In this document: one piece after another, positions 1 through 7,941 of the stretch | Layout: each line of letters begins with the position of its first letter | Position numbering within the stretch: position 1 is the stretch's first letter | Origin: an uncultured Gammaproteobacteria bacterium | Lineage (GTDB): Bacteria; Patescibacteriota; Microgenomatia; Levybacterales; UBA12049 | Direction of reading: 5' to 3' | NCBI GenBank assembly: GCA_964503265.1 | Contig: CAZCYO010000001.1 | Location: 25,119-89,118, forward strand | DNA length: 64,000 nt | Program-made: the position numbers and the translations under genes | Notes under the pieces: model-generated | Databases searched by the model: none | Told to the model about the DNA's origin: nothing | Seen by the model: only the letters and a program-made list of their open reading frames with translations

Positions 1-903
1 GGTTAATGCACCAGTTAGTGTAGGGAAGTGAAATGTATATCCTTGTTTTATAATTTTTTCTGATGATGCGTATACACCAGTCGTCAAGACAGTAGCAGCT
101 TCTCCAAACATAAGTGATAGAACAACTGGCGGAACGGGAAAAATGCTAGGTTTGTGGAGTATCTTTCCTATTGTTTGACTCGCAATGATATTTGTTACTT
201 GCTCTGGAGCAACGGCATTTATTGGTCCAGTTACTGATTTATTTTCTAGTGCAAAACAAATAATCCCTACTTCGTCAATAATATGAATCCATGGGAATGG
301 CTGCTTTCCTGAACCGATTGGTCCTCCAAGGAAAAACGAAAAAGGGGTTAGCATCTGAGGAAGTGCACCTTCATGTTTATCTAGAACTATTGCTGTACGA
401 ATAGTCACAACACGCGTTCCAAACTGCTCTGCGCATGTAGCTTCCTTTTCCCACTCCATACATAATTGAGCGAGAAAATCTTTTCCTGCTGGTGATGTTT
501 CATTATATGGTGTGGTTGCAGCTACCATTCCATAAAATCCTATAGCTGATCCATTAATGAGTATTGTTGGTTTATTTTTTGCGTTTTTAATCGCAGTTAC
601 AATAGTTTTCGTGGTCTCAATACGGCTATCAAAAAGGATTTTTTTATACTCAGGAGTCCACCGTTTTCCGACAATTGGAGCTCCAGCTAAATTAATAACT
701 CCATATGCTCCATCAATAGATTTCTCGATACTCGCAGTATCGGACAGTAAAATAATCTGATATGCATGAGGAACTGACTTTTTTGCTGATGCAATGTCTC
801 GAGCCAGGATGACTATTTCGTAGCCCATGTTTATGAGCTTACGACAGAGCGTTTTCCCAACTAACCCTGTCGCTCCTGCTAGTACTATTTTTTTATTAAT
901 CAT
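1..903 (-). CDS. NAD-dependent epimerase/dehydratase family protein (YfcH/TIGR01777-like), 3' end off window
   Basis: Hand reverse-translation from ATG (rc of 901-903): MINKKIVLAGATGLVGKTLCRKLINMGYEIVILARDIASAKKSVPHAYQII... with Rossmann GxxGxxG; ORF open to window edge so absent from track; the + ORF 557..760 lies inside it and is rejected. Confidence 0.65.
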   Translation of the reverse strand, partial: MINKKIVLAGATGLVGKTLCRKLINMGYEIVILARDIASAKKSVPHAYQIILLSDTASIEKSIDGAYGVINLAGAPIVGKRWTPEYKKILFDSRIETTKTIVTAIKNAKNKPTILINGSAIGFYGMVAATTPYNETSPAGKDFLAQLCMEWEKEATCAEQFGTRVVTIRTAIVLDKHEGALPQMLTPFSFFLGGPIGSGKQPFPWIHIIDEVGIICFALENKSVTGPINAVAPEQVTNIIASQTIGKILHKPSIFPVPPVVLSLMFGEAATVLTTGVYASSEKIIKQGYTFHFPTLTGALT

Positions 904-970
904 TGTAATATGTTATCTCTTTTATTAAAGCATAGTTTGAAAAGCAATGACGATTAGTTGACTTACCTAT

Positions 971-1375
971 GTGAGATGGTATCATTATTGTATGAATAAA
1001 AAAATGCTAAATAGTATTTGGGCAGTAGTTGCTGGATTTCTTACAGTATTTATTCTTAGTTCACTTGGTGATGTTATTATGGAAACAGTAGGTATTTTCC
1101 CACCTGTTAACCAACCGCAAGCACTTACTACCTGGATGTTAGTGGTTGCTCTGTTATATCGCTGTATTGCGACAGTTGCAGGAGGATATATCACTGCAAT
1201 GCTTGCTCCGGCAAAACCTATGAAACATGTTATCATCCTTGGTATCATCGGTACACTCGCTGGATGTGTCGGAGTAGTTGCTGGATGGAATTTATCTGCA
1301 CACTGGTACCCAATTGCAATTGCTCTAACTGGGTTTCCGCTTGTTTACTTTGGAGGCAAACTGAGAGTAAAATAA
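971..1375 (+). CDS. small polytopic membrane protein, unknown function
   Basis: 134 aa, 3-4 hydrophobic helices; antisense ORF 985..1248 less protein-like. Confidence 0.4.
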   Translation: MRWYHYCMNKKMLNSIWAVVAGFLTVFILSSLGDVIMETVGIFPPVNQPQALTTWMLVVALLYRCIATVAGGYITAMLAPAKPMKHVIILGIIGTLAGCVGVVAGWNLSAHWYPIAIALTGFPLVYFGGKLRVK

Positions 1376-1379
1376 CAAT

Positions 1380-1649
1380 ATGATACTTGCTGCACATCTA
1401 ATTATTGTTTTTATGAGTCTGGGACTAAGTACGTATACTGCGTTTACGCCGAGTGCTTGGAGAATTAACGCTAATTATGCACTAATCTTAGGTGTCATAG
1501 GTAGTGGGGTCGTATTAACGTTACAAAAAACGGCTCACCTCCCTCAAGCATGTCTTAGTGGTATTCTTTATCTGAGCGTGGTTGTTTTCTCACTCATTAT
1601 GGCTCATCGAAAACTTGCAAGAGAAATAGCTGCACCTACTAACTTCTAA
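1380..1649 (+). CDS. small membrane protein, unknown function
   Basis: 89 aa, two hydrophobic segments, 4 nt after previous stop. Confidence 0.35.
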   Translation: MILAAHLIIVFMSLGLSTYTAFTPSAWRINANYALILGVIGSGVVLTLQKTAHLPQACLSGILYLSVVVFSLIMAHRKLAREIAAPTNF

Positions 1650-1661
1650 TTATATAGTATT

Positions 1662-1913
1662 ATGGTGTTTTCTGTTTATATTCTTCAGTGTGCTGACATG
1701 ACGTATTATGTCGGATGTACTAATAATCTTGAAAAACGGGTGCGAGAGCATAATTCTTCTAAGAACGGCGCGCATTACACAAAAATTAGAAGACCTGTGA
1801 TTTTACTCTATAAAGAAGAATATGTGACACTTCTTGAAGCGAGAGGGAGGGAAGCTGCGCTTAAGCGTTTGAGAAGAGACCAGAAAGAGCATCTTATTAA
1901 TCGTAATTCATAA
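1662..1913 (+). CDS. GIY-YIG nuclease domain protein (YhbQ/UPF0213-like)
   Basis: VYILQCADMTYYVGCTNNLEKRVREHNS...GAHYTK..RPV.L.Y.E motif pattern typical of stand-alone GIY-YIG proteins. Confidence 0.75.
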   Translation: MVFSVYILQCADMTYYVGCTNNLEKRVREHNSSKNGAHYTKIRRPVILLYKEEYVTLLEARGREAALKRLRRDQKEHLINRNS

Positions 1914-2002
1914 CTACTAATTCGTAATTCCGTTTTGGCTCGCTTTTTGTTTGGCAAGCGATTACAGGTCAATTAGCAGTTTGCTAGGCTCTTATAACCA
2001 AC

Positions 2003-2030
2003 AAAAAAGCCCGTGTTACGGGGCTTTTTT
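2003..2030. terminator. bidirectional intrinsic terminator (A-tract, GC hairpin, T-tract)
   Basis: aaaaaagcccgtgttacggggctttttt between convergent genes 1662..1913(+) and 2054..2410(-). Confidence 0.6.
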
Positions 2031-2053
2031 GGGTTAGTTTCTTTGGAAAAAGA

Positions 2054-2410
2054 TTAATATCGATCTCCTCCGCCGCGTCGGTCTCCGCCACGATCATCTC
2101 GTCGATAATCGTTTCGTCCTCCTCCACGTGATCCACCACCTGAAAAGTTATTGTCTCTTGGTTCTCGAGGTCGTGCTTCGCTAGCAGCGATTGCGCGTCC
2201 ATCAAGCATTTGACCGTTTAACTTTTCGAGTGCGTCTGCTGCTTCCTGTTCTGAAGCCATCTCGACAAATCCAAAACCTTTAGATTTACCTGAGAATTTA
2301 TCAGTAATAACATTTGCAGATATGACGTTTCCAGCTTGCGCGAAGAAATCTCGAAGAGTAGCATCAGTAGTAGCCCATGCGAGTCCCCCAACAAATAATT
2401 TAGTTGACAT
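2054..2410 (-). CDS. RRM-domain glycine-rich RNA-binding protein
   Basis: KLFVGGLAW.T....L...F...G.V....VI.D...G.SKGFGFVEM RNP1/RNP2 motifs plus C-terminal RGG/RD tail; GGAGGTG SD 7 nt upstream of ATG at 2410 (track ORF extended to 2419). Confidence 0.85.
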   Translation of the reverse strand: MSTKLFVGGLAWATTDATLRDFFAQAGNVISANVITDKFSGKSKGFGFVEMASEQEAADALEKLNGQMLDGRAIAASEARPREPRDNNFSGGGSRGGGRNDYRRDDRGGDRRGGGDRY

Positions 2411-2556
2411 GTAATTCACCTCCTTTACTTATAATCTGAGTGAACTTTATCCTTCTGTTACTTATTACCTTTTATTGGGAAATCGTCCGGCTGAAGAATA
2501 ATCCTTAAGATTATGTAGCTGTATTATACCATATCGTGTCAATAATAGCCAGGAAG

Positions 2557-2639
2557 TAGCGTTTAGAAGTTAGCGTTTAGTTGTTCGAGAGTATATATAT
2601 CTTTTTTCTTATACACTAAACGCTTTTATCTAAACGCTA
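2557..2639. promoter_or_regulatory. composite inverted repeat: 2 direct + 2 inverted copies of TAGCGTTTAG, candidate operator
   Basis: tagcgtttag(2557) tagcgtttag(2571) ... ctaaacgctt(2616) ctaaacgcta(2630) in the divergent region between RRM gene and hflX. Confidence 0.4.
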
Positions 2640-2657
2640 ATTTGCTATACTACCTTC

Positions 2658-3770
2658 ATGGAATTACCTGTTGGACTACATAATTTTTTACTAGTGAGTA
2701 TTATTCCTCAAAAACTGACAGATGAGGACGCACTTATCGATTTGAAAGAACTCAAATCGCTTGTTGAAGCATTTGGTGGGGAAGTTCGTGATCTTATCGT
2801 GCAACGACGGGAAGTTACAGAAAAAGGAATGTATATCGGGAAAGGGAAAATTGATGAAATCGCAGATGTGGTTAAAGAAAAAAAGATTCATGCAATCGTG
2901 CTTAACGCTGTTGTTAAACCAGGGCAATTGTTTGAAATAAAAAGCATGCTCCATGAGGTGAACCCTCAAATTCAGGTGTGGGATCGAATAGATTTAATAC
3001 TTCAGATTTTCTCCAAACATGCCAATACTGCAGAATCGAAACTGCAGATAGAACTAGCAGCGATGCGTCATATGGGACCGAGAATTTATGGTATGGGTAT
3101 GGTCATGTCTCGTCAGGGCGGAGGGATTGGAGGGCGAGGAGTGGGTGAAACGAATACCGAGCTTATGAAAAGGCACTGGAGTACCCAAATGAAAAAAGTA
3201 CAGGAAAAACTAGCTAAATTATCAGTCGATCGAGAACGACAGTTAGAGAGACGAGCTCGAATAGGGTTAAAAACTGTTTCGATTGTCGGATACACAAACG
3301 CAGGGAAAACGTCTCTTTTTAATGTACTTACTGGAAAAGGAAAAGTGGCAGATAACGCATTATTCGTGACACTTGATAGTAGTGTGGGCAAAATAAAACT
3401 TCCTAAAAGTCATCAAGAAATTCTAATGAGTGATACGATTGGATTTATTAACAACCTTCCAACCACACTAATTGATGCATTTAAATCTACACTTATGGAA
3501 TCAATTCATGCTGATCTTCTACTGCATGTTATTGATGTGACTGATCCTGATATGGACGGGAAAATACGAACGGTTGAGAAAATTATTTCAGATCTAGGTA
3601 TGTATAAAAAAGAACGGGTATATGTATTTAATAAAATAGATATTGCCGATACATTAGATAAAAGCGACATTCTTGAAAAGTATGAGAGATTTTCACCACT
3701 TTTTATTTCGACTAAATCCGATGAAGGAATTCAACGTGTCATTCAAACAATTGAAGAAAAAATTGCTTAA
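2658..3770 (+). CDS. hflX: GTPase HflX
   Basis: HflX N-domain (IGKGK..EI, KLQIELA) followed by G-domain GYTNAGKTSLFN (G1), DTIGFI (G3), NKID (G4). Confidence 0.85.
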   Translation: MELPVGLHNFLLVSIIPQKLTDEDALIDLKELKSLVEAFGGEVRDLIVQRREVTEKGMYIGKGKIDEIADVVKEKKIHAIVLNAVVKPGQLFEIKSMLHEVNPQIQVWDRIDLILQIFSKHANTAESKLQIELAAMRHMGPRIYGMGMVMSRQGGGIGGRGVGETNTELMKRHWSTQMKKVQEKLAKLSVDRERQLERRARIGLKTVSIVGYTNAGKTSLFNVLTGKGKVADNALFVTLDSSVGKIKLPKSHQEILMSDTIGFINNLPTTLIDAFKSTLMESIHADLLLHVIDVTDPDMDGKIRTVEKIISDLGMYKKERVYVFNKIDIADTLDKSDILEKYERFSPLFISTKSDEGIQRVIQTIEEKIA

Positions 3771-3771
3771 T

Positions 3772-4809
3772 TTATGGAACAATCTTTTTAAGCAGAGGAA
3801 GTTGTTGGATAGCATAGGTAACTAGCGTAGCGAGGGAAAAGATAATAAATGCTCTGAGGTAATCTGTTAGAAGATCTGTGTTTAGAAGAAGTGTTTGGTG
3901 AATTAAAATCAAAATATATCTAACAAATTGATTAATTAATTCATGTGTGAGATATACCCCAAAGCTTGCTGTACTTATCATTTGAAGAACTATTTTTGCT
4001 CGGGAAGATATCGTTTCGAAGGAATCTGAGAACGATTGAAATAATAAAAATATTCCAGCAGTTGTCATTACCATCCCTGGTGCGAAGATATTATATGCGA
4101 ACCCTTCAATAGCAGTAGGGTGTGTTAAGGCAAGTAATATGGTTAGTATAATTCCACATACAATAAGTATACTGCTTTTTAATGGCGTCATCTTTTTGGG
4201 TGTATGTCTGGTTAGTACGTATCCTCCGATGAAAAACCCAGAACACATCATGATTTGAGAGAAAATGCCAGGAGGGAAACTCAGAGGAAATGTTTGGCCG
4301 TCGTGCAGTGTCGGGAGAAGTGAGATAAAGATACCCCAGAGTAAAAGAAGATAATAATTATCTTTTATACTAGTATGTTTTAAAAGCTTTCTCAGTAATG
4401 GGGTGAGTAAATATAATCCAGCAAGAACTGGAATAATCCAAAATTTAGTAAAGAGCGTAACTTCGAAAAAATATTTCCATCCAGGAATTGTTTGGATTTT
4501 TTTACATTGAATAAATACTTGAACTCCCATATAAATCACTGTCCAAATAATCCATGGAAATACTACTTTTATAATACGTTTTTTAAAAAATGTCGTATAT
4601 GTTTCTTCTTTTCCTAGTAATAGCGCGCCACTGAGCATAAAAAATAACCCGATACATGTTTTACTAATCGCAAAGTTAATGAAATATAAAACAGTTACTG
4701 GGGTAAGATTTTGTGGCATTGGAGAGACGTGGATAAATACAACAAAGAACATAGATAGGATACGCAGGGTGTCAGCCCAAACTGCACGAGTGTTTTTCAT
4801 AGTACTCAT
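3772..4809 (-). CDS. acyltransferase-3 family-like integral membrane protein
   Basis: 345 aa, ~10 TM, N-terminal R..W.D.LRILSMFFVVFIHV resembling acyltransferase_3 signature; call is tentative. Confidence 0.45.
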   Translation of the reverse strand: MSTMKNTRAVWADTLRILSMFFVVFIHVSPMPQNLTPVTVLYFINFAISKTCIGLFFMLSGALLLGKEETYTTFFKKRIIKVVFPWIIWTVIYMGVQVFIQCKKIQTIPGWKYFFEVTLFTKFWIIPVLAGLYLLTPLLRKLLKHTSIKDNYYLLLLWGIFISLLPTLHDGQTFPLSFPPGIFSQIMMCSGFFIGGYVLTRHTPKKMTPLKSSILIVCGIILTILLALTHPTAIEGFAYNIFAPGMVMTTAGIFLLFQSFSDSFETISSRAKIVLQMISTASFGVYLTHELINQFVRYILILIHQTLLLNTDLLTDYLRAFIIFSLATLVTYAIQQLPLLKKIVP

Positions 4810-4850
4810 TATATATGAATTTATTTTTTGCGTGATATAATTTTTATATA

Positions 4851-5450
4851 GTGAGTAGCGACCAGACAGCTTTGTTAAAACAAGTCAGAGATGACGTTTG
4901 GCATCTATCAGCGTCCCCACTGTATACATTTCGTAAAAAGAATAACTACTATCCAGTACTTGGTGAAGGAAATCATAGTGCTAAAATCATGTTCATAGGT
5001 GAAGCTCCTGGGAAAAATGAGGCTGAACAGGGGAAACCATTTTGTGGAGCAGCTGGCAAAGTTTTGGATGAGTTACTTGAGGCAGTGGGCTTACATCGAA
5101 AAGATGTCTATGTGACAAATATTGTTAAAGATCGTCCACCTGAAAATCGTGACCCATTACCAAGTGAGATTTCTGTATATGGGCCATTTTTAGATCGGCA
5201 AATTGATATCATTCAGCCTAAAATAATTGCGACACTTGGTCGGTTCTCAATGAACTATATTTTAAGAAAGTTTGATGTTCCACAAAAAGATGAAACAATT
5301 TCACGTCTTCATGGACAATTATTACCTGCACACGCAAGTTATGGAGAGATACACTTGCTTCCACTTTATCACCCAGCAGTAGCTCTTTATAATGCAAGTA
5401 CGAAGGATACATTGATTAAAGATTTCCAGGTTATCCAGACTATTGTTTGA
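4851..5450 (+). CDS. uracil-DNA glycosylase, family 4
   Basis: IMFIGEAPGKNEAEQGKPFCGAAGKVLDELL and HPAVALYN motifs characteristic of family-4 UDG. Confidence 0.85.
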   Translation: MSSDQTALLKQVRDDVWHLSASPLYTFRKKNNYYPVLGEGNHSAKIMFIGEAPGKNEAEQGKPFCGAAGKVLDELLEAVGLHRKDVYVTNIVKDRPPENRDPLPSEISVYGPFLDRQIDIIQPKIIATLGRFSMNYILRKFDVPQKDETISRLHGQLLPAHASYGEIHLLPLYHPAVALYNASTKDTLIKDFQVIQTIV

Positions 5451-5467
5451 TTACTCTCTCACTCTGA

Positions 5468-5489
5468 CTCTCTCCCATGGGGAGAGAGA
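5468..5489. terminator. palindromic hairpin between convergent UDG and mutL
   Basis: ctctctcccatggggagagaga perfect palindrome centred on catg. Confidence 0.4.
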
Positions 5490-5503
5490 ACAATGTAACA
5501 ATC

Positions 5504-7210
5504 TTATATCCTCTTAAACAATTTATGAAGATCGATGAGGGAGATCTCTACTTTGGTTGGTCTGCCGTGAGGACAGGTGGCATTATGTTCTGTTTGTTCT
5601 AATGTTTCAATGAGGTTTTTCCGTTGTTTAAGACTTAGTGTATCACCTGCTTTGACAGCTGCTCGACATGCGAGATAGGTGATCATTTTATTTGAAAGCG
5701 AATCAATATTTGTGATGCGTCCGGTCGTGATGACTGTTTCAATCAGTTCTTCAAGAAGCTTTCTGTAATTCCGGTCTTTAAAGAATGAAGGAACGGATCG
5801 GAGCGTAAACATATTTTCGATAAATGGTTCTAGTGAAAATCCCCAATCTTTAAGCACTGGGAGTAATTCAGTGATAACTTCTGTTTCACTAGTGGTGAAT
5901 TTGAACATAATTGCGTCTGGAAGAATAAACGATTCTTTTTTAGAGACTTCAGATACTAGTTCTTTTTTAAATCCTTCATATAACACTCGTTCGTGGGCTG
6001 CGTGTTGATCAATCAGCACAATTCCTGTTTCGATTTCTGTTACGAGATATGTGTTGTAGAGTTGGGCAATATCAGTTGTCCGGAGGACGTTTCCTAGGCT
6101 TCTCGTACTCCAGTTTTTGGAGGTTTGCTTTAGTTGTTTTCCACCAAGTGATAGTGTGATTTTATTTTTTTCGTCCGGTGTATGGAAGTCTTTTTTCCAT
6201 GGGACTGCATGAAACGTAATATTATATTTCTCAAGTGTTTTATGAATTGCTTCTTTAATTGAATCGTATATCGCTTCGTTATTTAAAAATGCTACTTGTT
6301 CTTTTCGAGGATGGACGTTTACATCAACTGATTCAAAAGGAAGTGTCAGAAATAAAATAACTACTGGATAAGAAGTAGTATCAAGCATATTTCCGTATGC
6401 ATCTTTAACGGTCAAACTAATAAGTCGATCTGATATAAGGCGATTATTGATAAATAGTGATTGTTTTTGGGTGCTCTTCGTCGTGATTTGCGGAGTAGTT
6501 ATAAACCCACGAATGGTTATATAGGTATCAGAGTGTGTAAAGGGAATCATATGACTAAATATGCTCTCACCCAAAACACTTTTTATTCTGTGTGAAATAT
6601 CAGTTGTTTTTGGAAAGTCGAAAACGATTTTATTATTATGAATAAGCGTAAATCGGATATCTGGGAATGCGAGAGTATACTGTGAGAGTAAATCGAGAAT
6701 GAGGCGATATTCTGTCGATTTACTTTTTAGAAATTTTTTCCGCGCGGGGACTGGGTAGAAAAGATTAGAAACAGTAACTGTGGTGCCTACTGGCACTCCA
6801 ATTGGTCTAGTCGAGACTAATTCTCCGGCTTCAACTTCAATGATGGTTCCAGCAGTATCTTCATTTCGTCTACTTTTAATACTAAGATTACTGACAGCTG
6901 CGATACTTGCTAGTGCTTCTCCACGAAATCCCATGGTTTTAATATGGAGCAACTCATCTTCTTCTTGTAGCTTACTTGTCGTATGAGGTTTTATAGATTC
7001 GACGATATCATCTCGACTCATTCCTCTTCCCGTATCTGTTATCGTAATCTTTTTAAGACCACTGTCTTCAAGCGAAATAGAAATTGTGTCAGCAGCAGCA
7101 TCTATCGCGTTTTCAAGTAATTCTTTAACAGCAAAAACTGGACGTTCAATGACCTCTCCTGCTGCGATTTTCATGATGAGTGAATCAGAGAGAGGAAGAA
7201 TCGTTTTCAT
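5504..7210 (-). CDS. mutL: DNA mismatch repair protein MutL
   Basis: N-term IAAGEVIERP..VKELLENAIDA GHKL ATPase, C-term DQHAAHERVLYE endonuclease motif and CPHGRP; start placed at MKTILPLSDSLIMKIAAGEV (track ORF runs 24 codons further upstream to 7282). Confidence 0.9.
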   Translation of the reverse strand: MKTILPLSDSLIMKIAAGEVIERPVFAVKELLENAIDAAADTISISLEDSGLKKITITDTGRGMSRDDIVESIKPHTTSKLQEEDELLHIKTMGFRGEALASIAAVSNLSIKSRRNEDTAGTIIEVEAGELVSTRPIGVPVGTTVTVSNLFYPVPARKKFLKSKSTEYRLILDLLSQYTLAFPDIRFTLIHNNKIVFDFPKTTDISHRIKSVLGESIFSHMIPFTHSDTYITIRGFITTPQITTKSTQKQSLFINNRLISDRLISLTVKDAYGNMLDTTSYPVVILFLTLPFESVDVNVHPRKEQVAFLNNEAIYDSIKEAIHKTLEKYNITFHAVPWKKDFHTPDEKNKITLSLGGKQLKQTSKNWSTRSLGNVLRTTDIAQLYNTYLVTEIETGIVLIDQHAAHERVLYEGFKKELVSEVSKKESFILPDAIMFKFTTSETEVITELLPVLKDWGFSLEPFIENMFTLRSVPSFFKDRNYRKLLEELIETVITTGRITNIDSLSNKMITYLACRAAVKAGDTLSLKQRKNLIETLEQTEHNATCPHGRPTKVEISLIDLHKLFKRI

Positions 7211-7380
7211 AAAGAGTATAGTAGCAGATTCCAGCCGTTGCAGGAATGATATGGTAATGAGATCACTTTTCGTCAGGCACAATTATAGCGTAAGAAACTC
7301 TATATCCCATAGTAGATATTAACGTGGTTTTTTGTTATAATTCAGATAGTCACATTTGTATCTCGATAGAGGAGGTTACC

Positions 7381-7617
7381 ATGACGTATGCCACGGTCAA
7401 AGAATTCTTCGAGATGGAGTACCCTGACATCGTTCCTTACCTTGGAAACACGGGAGGTTTTTGGCCTGAGGTTCAGGCTAATACTATCACAAACAAGAGG
7501 TTGGCCTTGAATGTCGAATCGCTTCTCAAAGGACGCCGGTGGGATTCGCACGTCGCCCGTGCAAGCGCGGCCTTACTGGCCGCCCGTATCCTGGGAAAGG
7601 TAGCAAATGAGGAGTAA
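7381..7617 (+). CDS. hypothetical protein in G+C-rich patch
   Basis: GGAGG SD at 7371 then ATG 7381 (MTYATVKEFF...), 78 aa; composition clearly G+C-richer than flanks; antisense to the mutS/mutL strand. Confidence 0.4.
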   Translation: MTYATVKEFFEMEYPDIVPYLGNTGGFWPEVQANTITNKRLALNVESLLKGRRWDSHVARASAALLAARILGKVANEE

Positions 7618-7671
7618 TTTCCGAACCTGAGCGTTAGCGCGAAGAGGAGGACGTAACTCTTAATTTTAGTA

Positions 7672-7702
7672 GGCGGCAACTTGGATAGTTGCCGCCTTTT
7701 GC
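7672..7702 (+). terminator. intrinsic terminator
   Basis: ggcggcaac-ttggata-gttgccgcc followed by tttt. Confidence 0.6.
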
Positions 7703-7728
7703 ATGTATAGCAAGGTAATATCTTATAG

Positions 7729-7752
7729 ATTCCCGTTTTCACGGGAATGACA
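7729..7752. repeat. hairpin repeat of GTCATTCCCG-loop-CGGGAATC family (copy identical to 47897..47920)
   Basis: gattcccgttttcacgggaatgaca. Confidence 0.7.
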
Positions 7753-7871
7753 GAACGTGAGATTCTGGTAAAGTCGCCCGCCTGTATCACTTTGTGAAAC
7801 AATGCGGACAGGTTGCTTTCCAGAATGACAATAAAGTGGGATTTATCACATGTGTTTGAAAGGGCAACCTT

Positions 7872-7899
7872 GGATCCTGAAAAAAAATTCAGGATGACA
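7872..7899. repeat. degenerate hairpin repeat of same family
   Basis: ggatcctgaaaaaaaattcaggatgaca (stem tcctga/tcagga + tgaca tail). Confidence 0.5.
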
Positions 7900-7908
7900 C
7901 ATTGGACT

Positions 7909-7934
7909 GGATTCCTGCCTTCGCAGGAATGACA
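7909..7934. repeat. hairpin repeat of same family; likely also mutS terminator
   Basis: ggattcctgccttcgcaggaatgaca directly 3' of mutS stop. Confidence 0.6.
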
Positions 7935-7941
7935 ATATAAG

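Noticed and set aside
557-760. 67-aa + strand ORF in track
   Set aside because: Lies entirely inside the better-supported minus-strand epimerase ORF (1..903), which has a Rossmann motif
985-1248. 87-aa minus-strand ORF
   Set aside because: Overlaps the more membrane-protein-like + ORF 971..1375; low-complexity translation
6780-7322. Plus-strand ORFs antisense to mutL
   Set aside because: Embedded in the conserved mutL coding region; Ala/Ser-rich antisense artefacts
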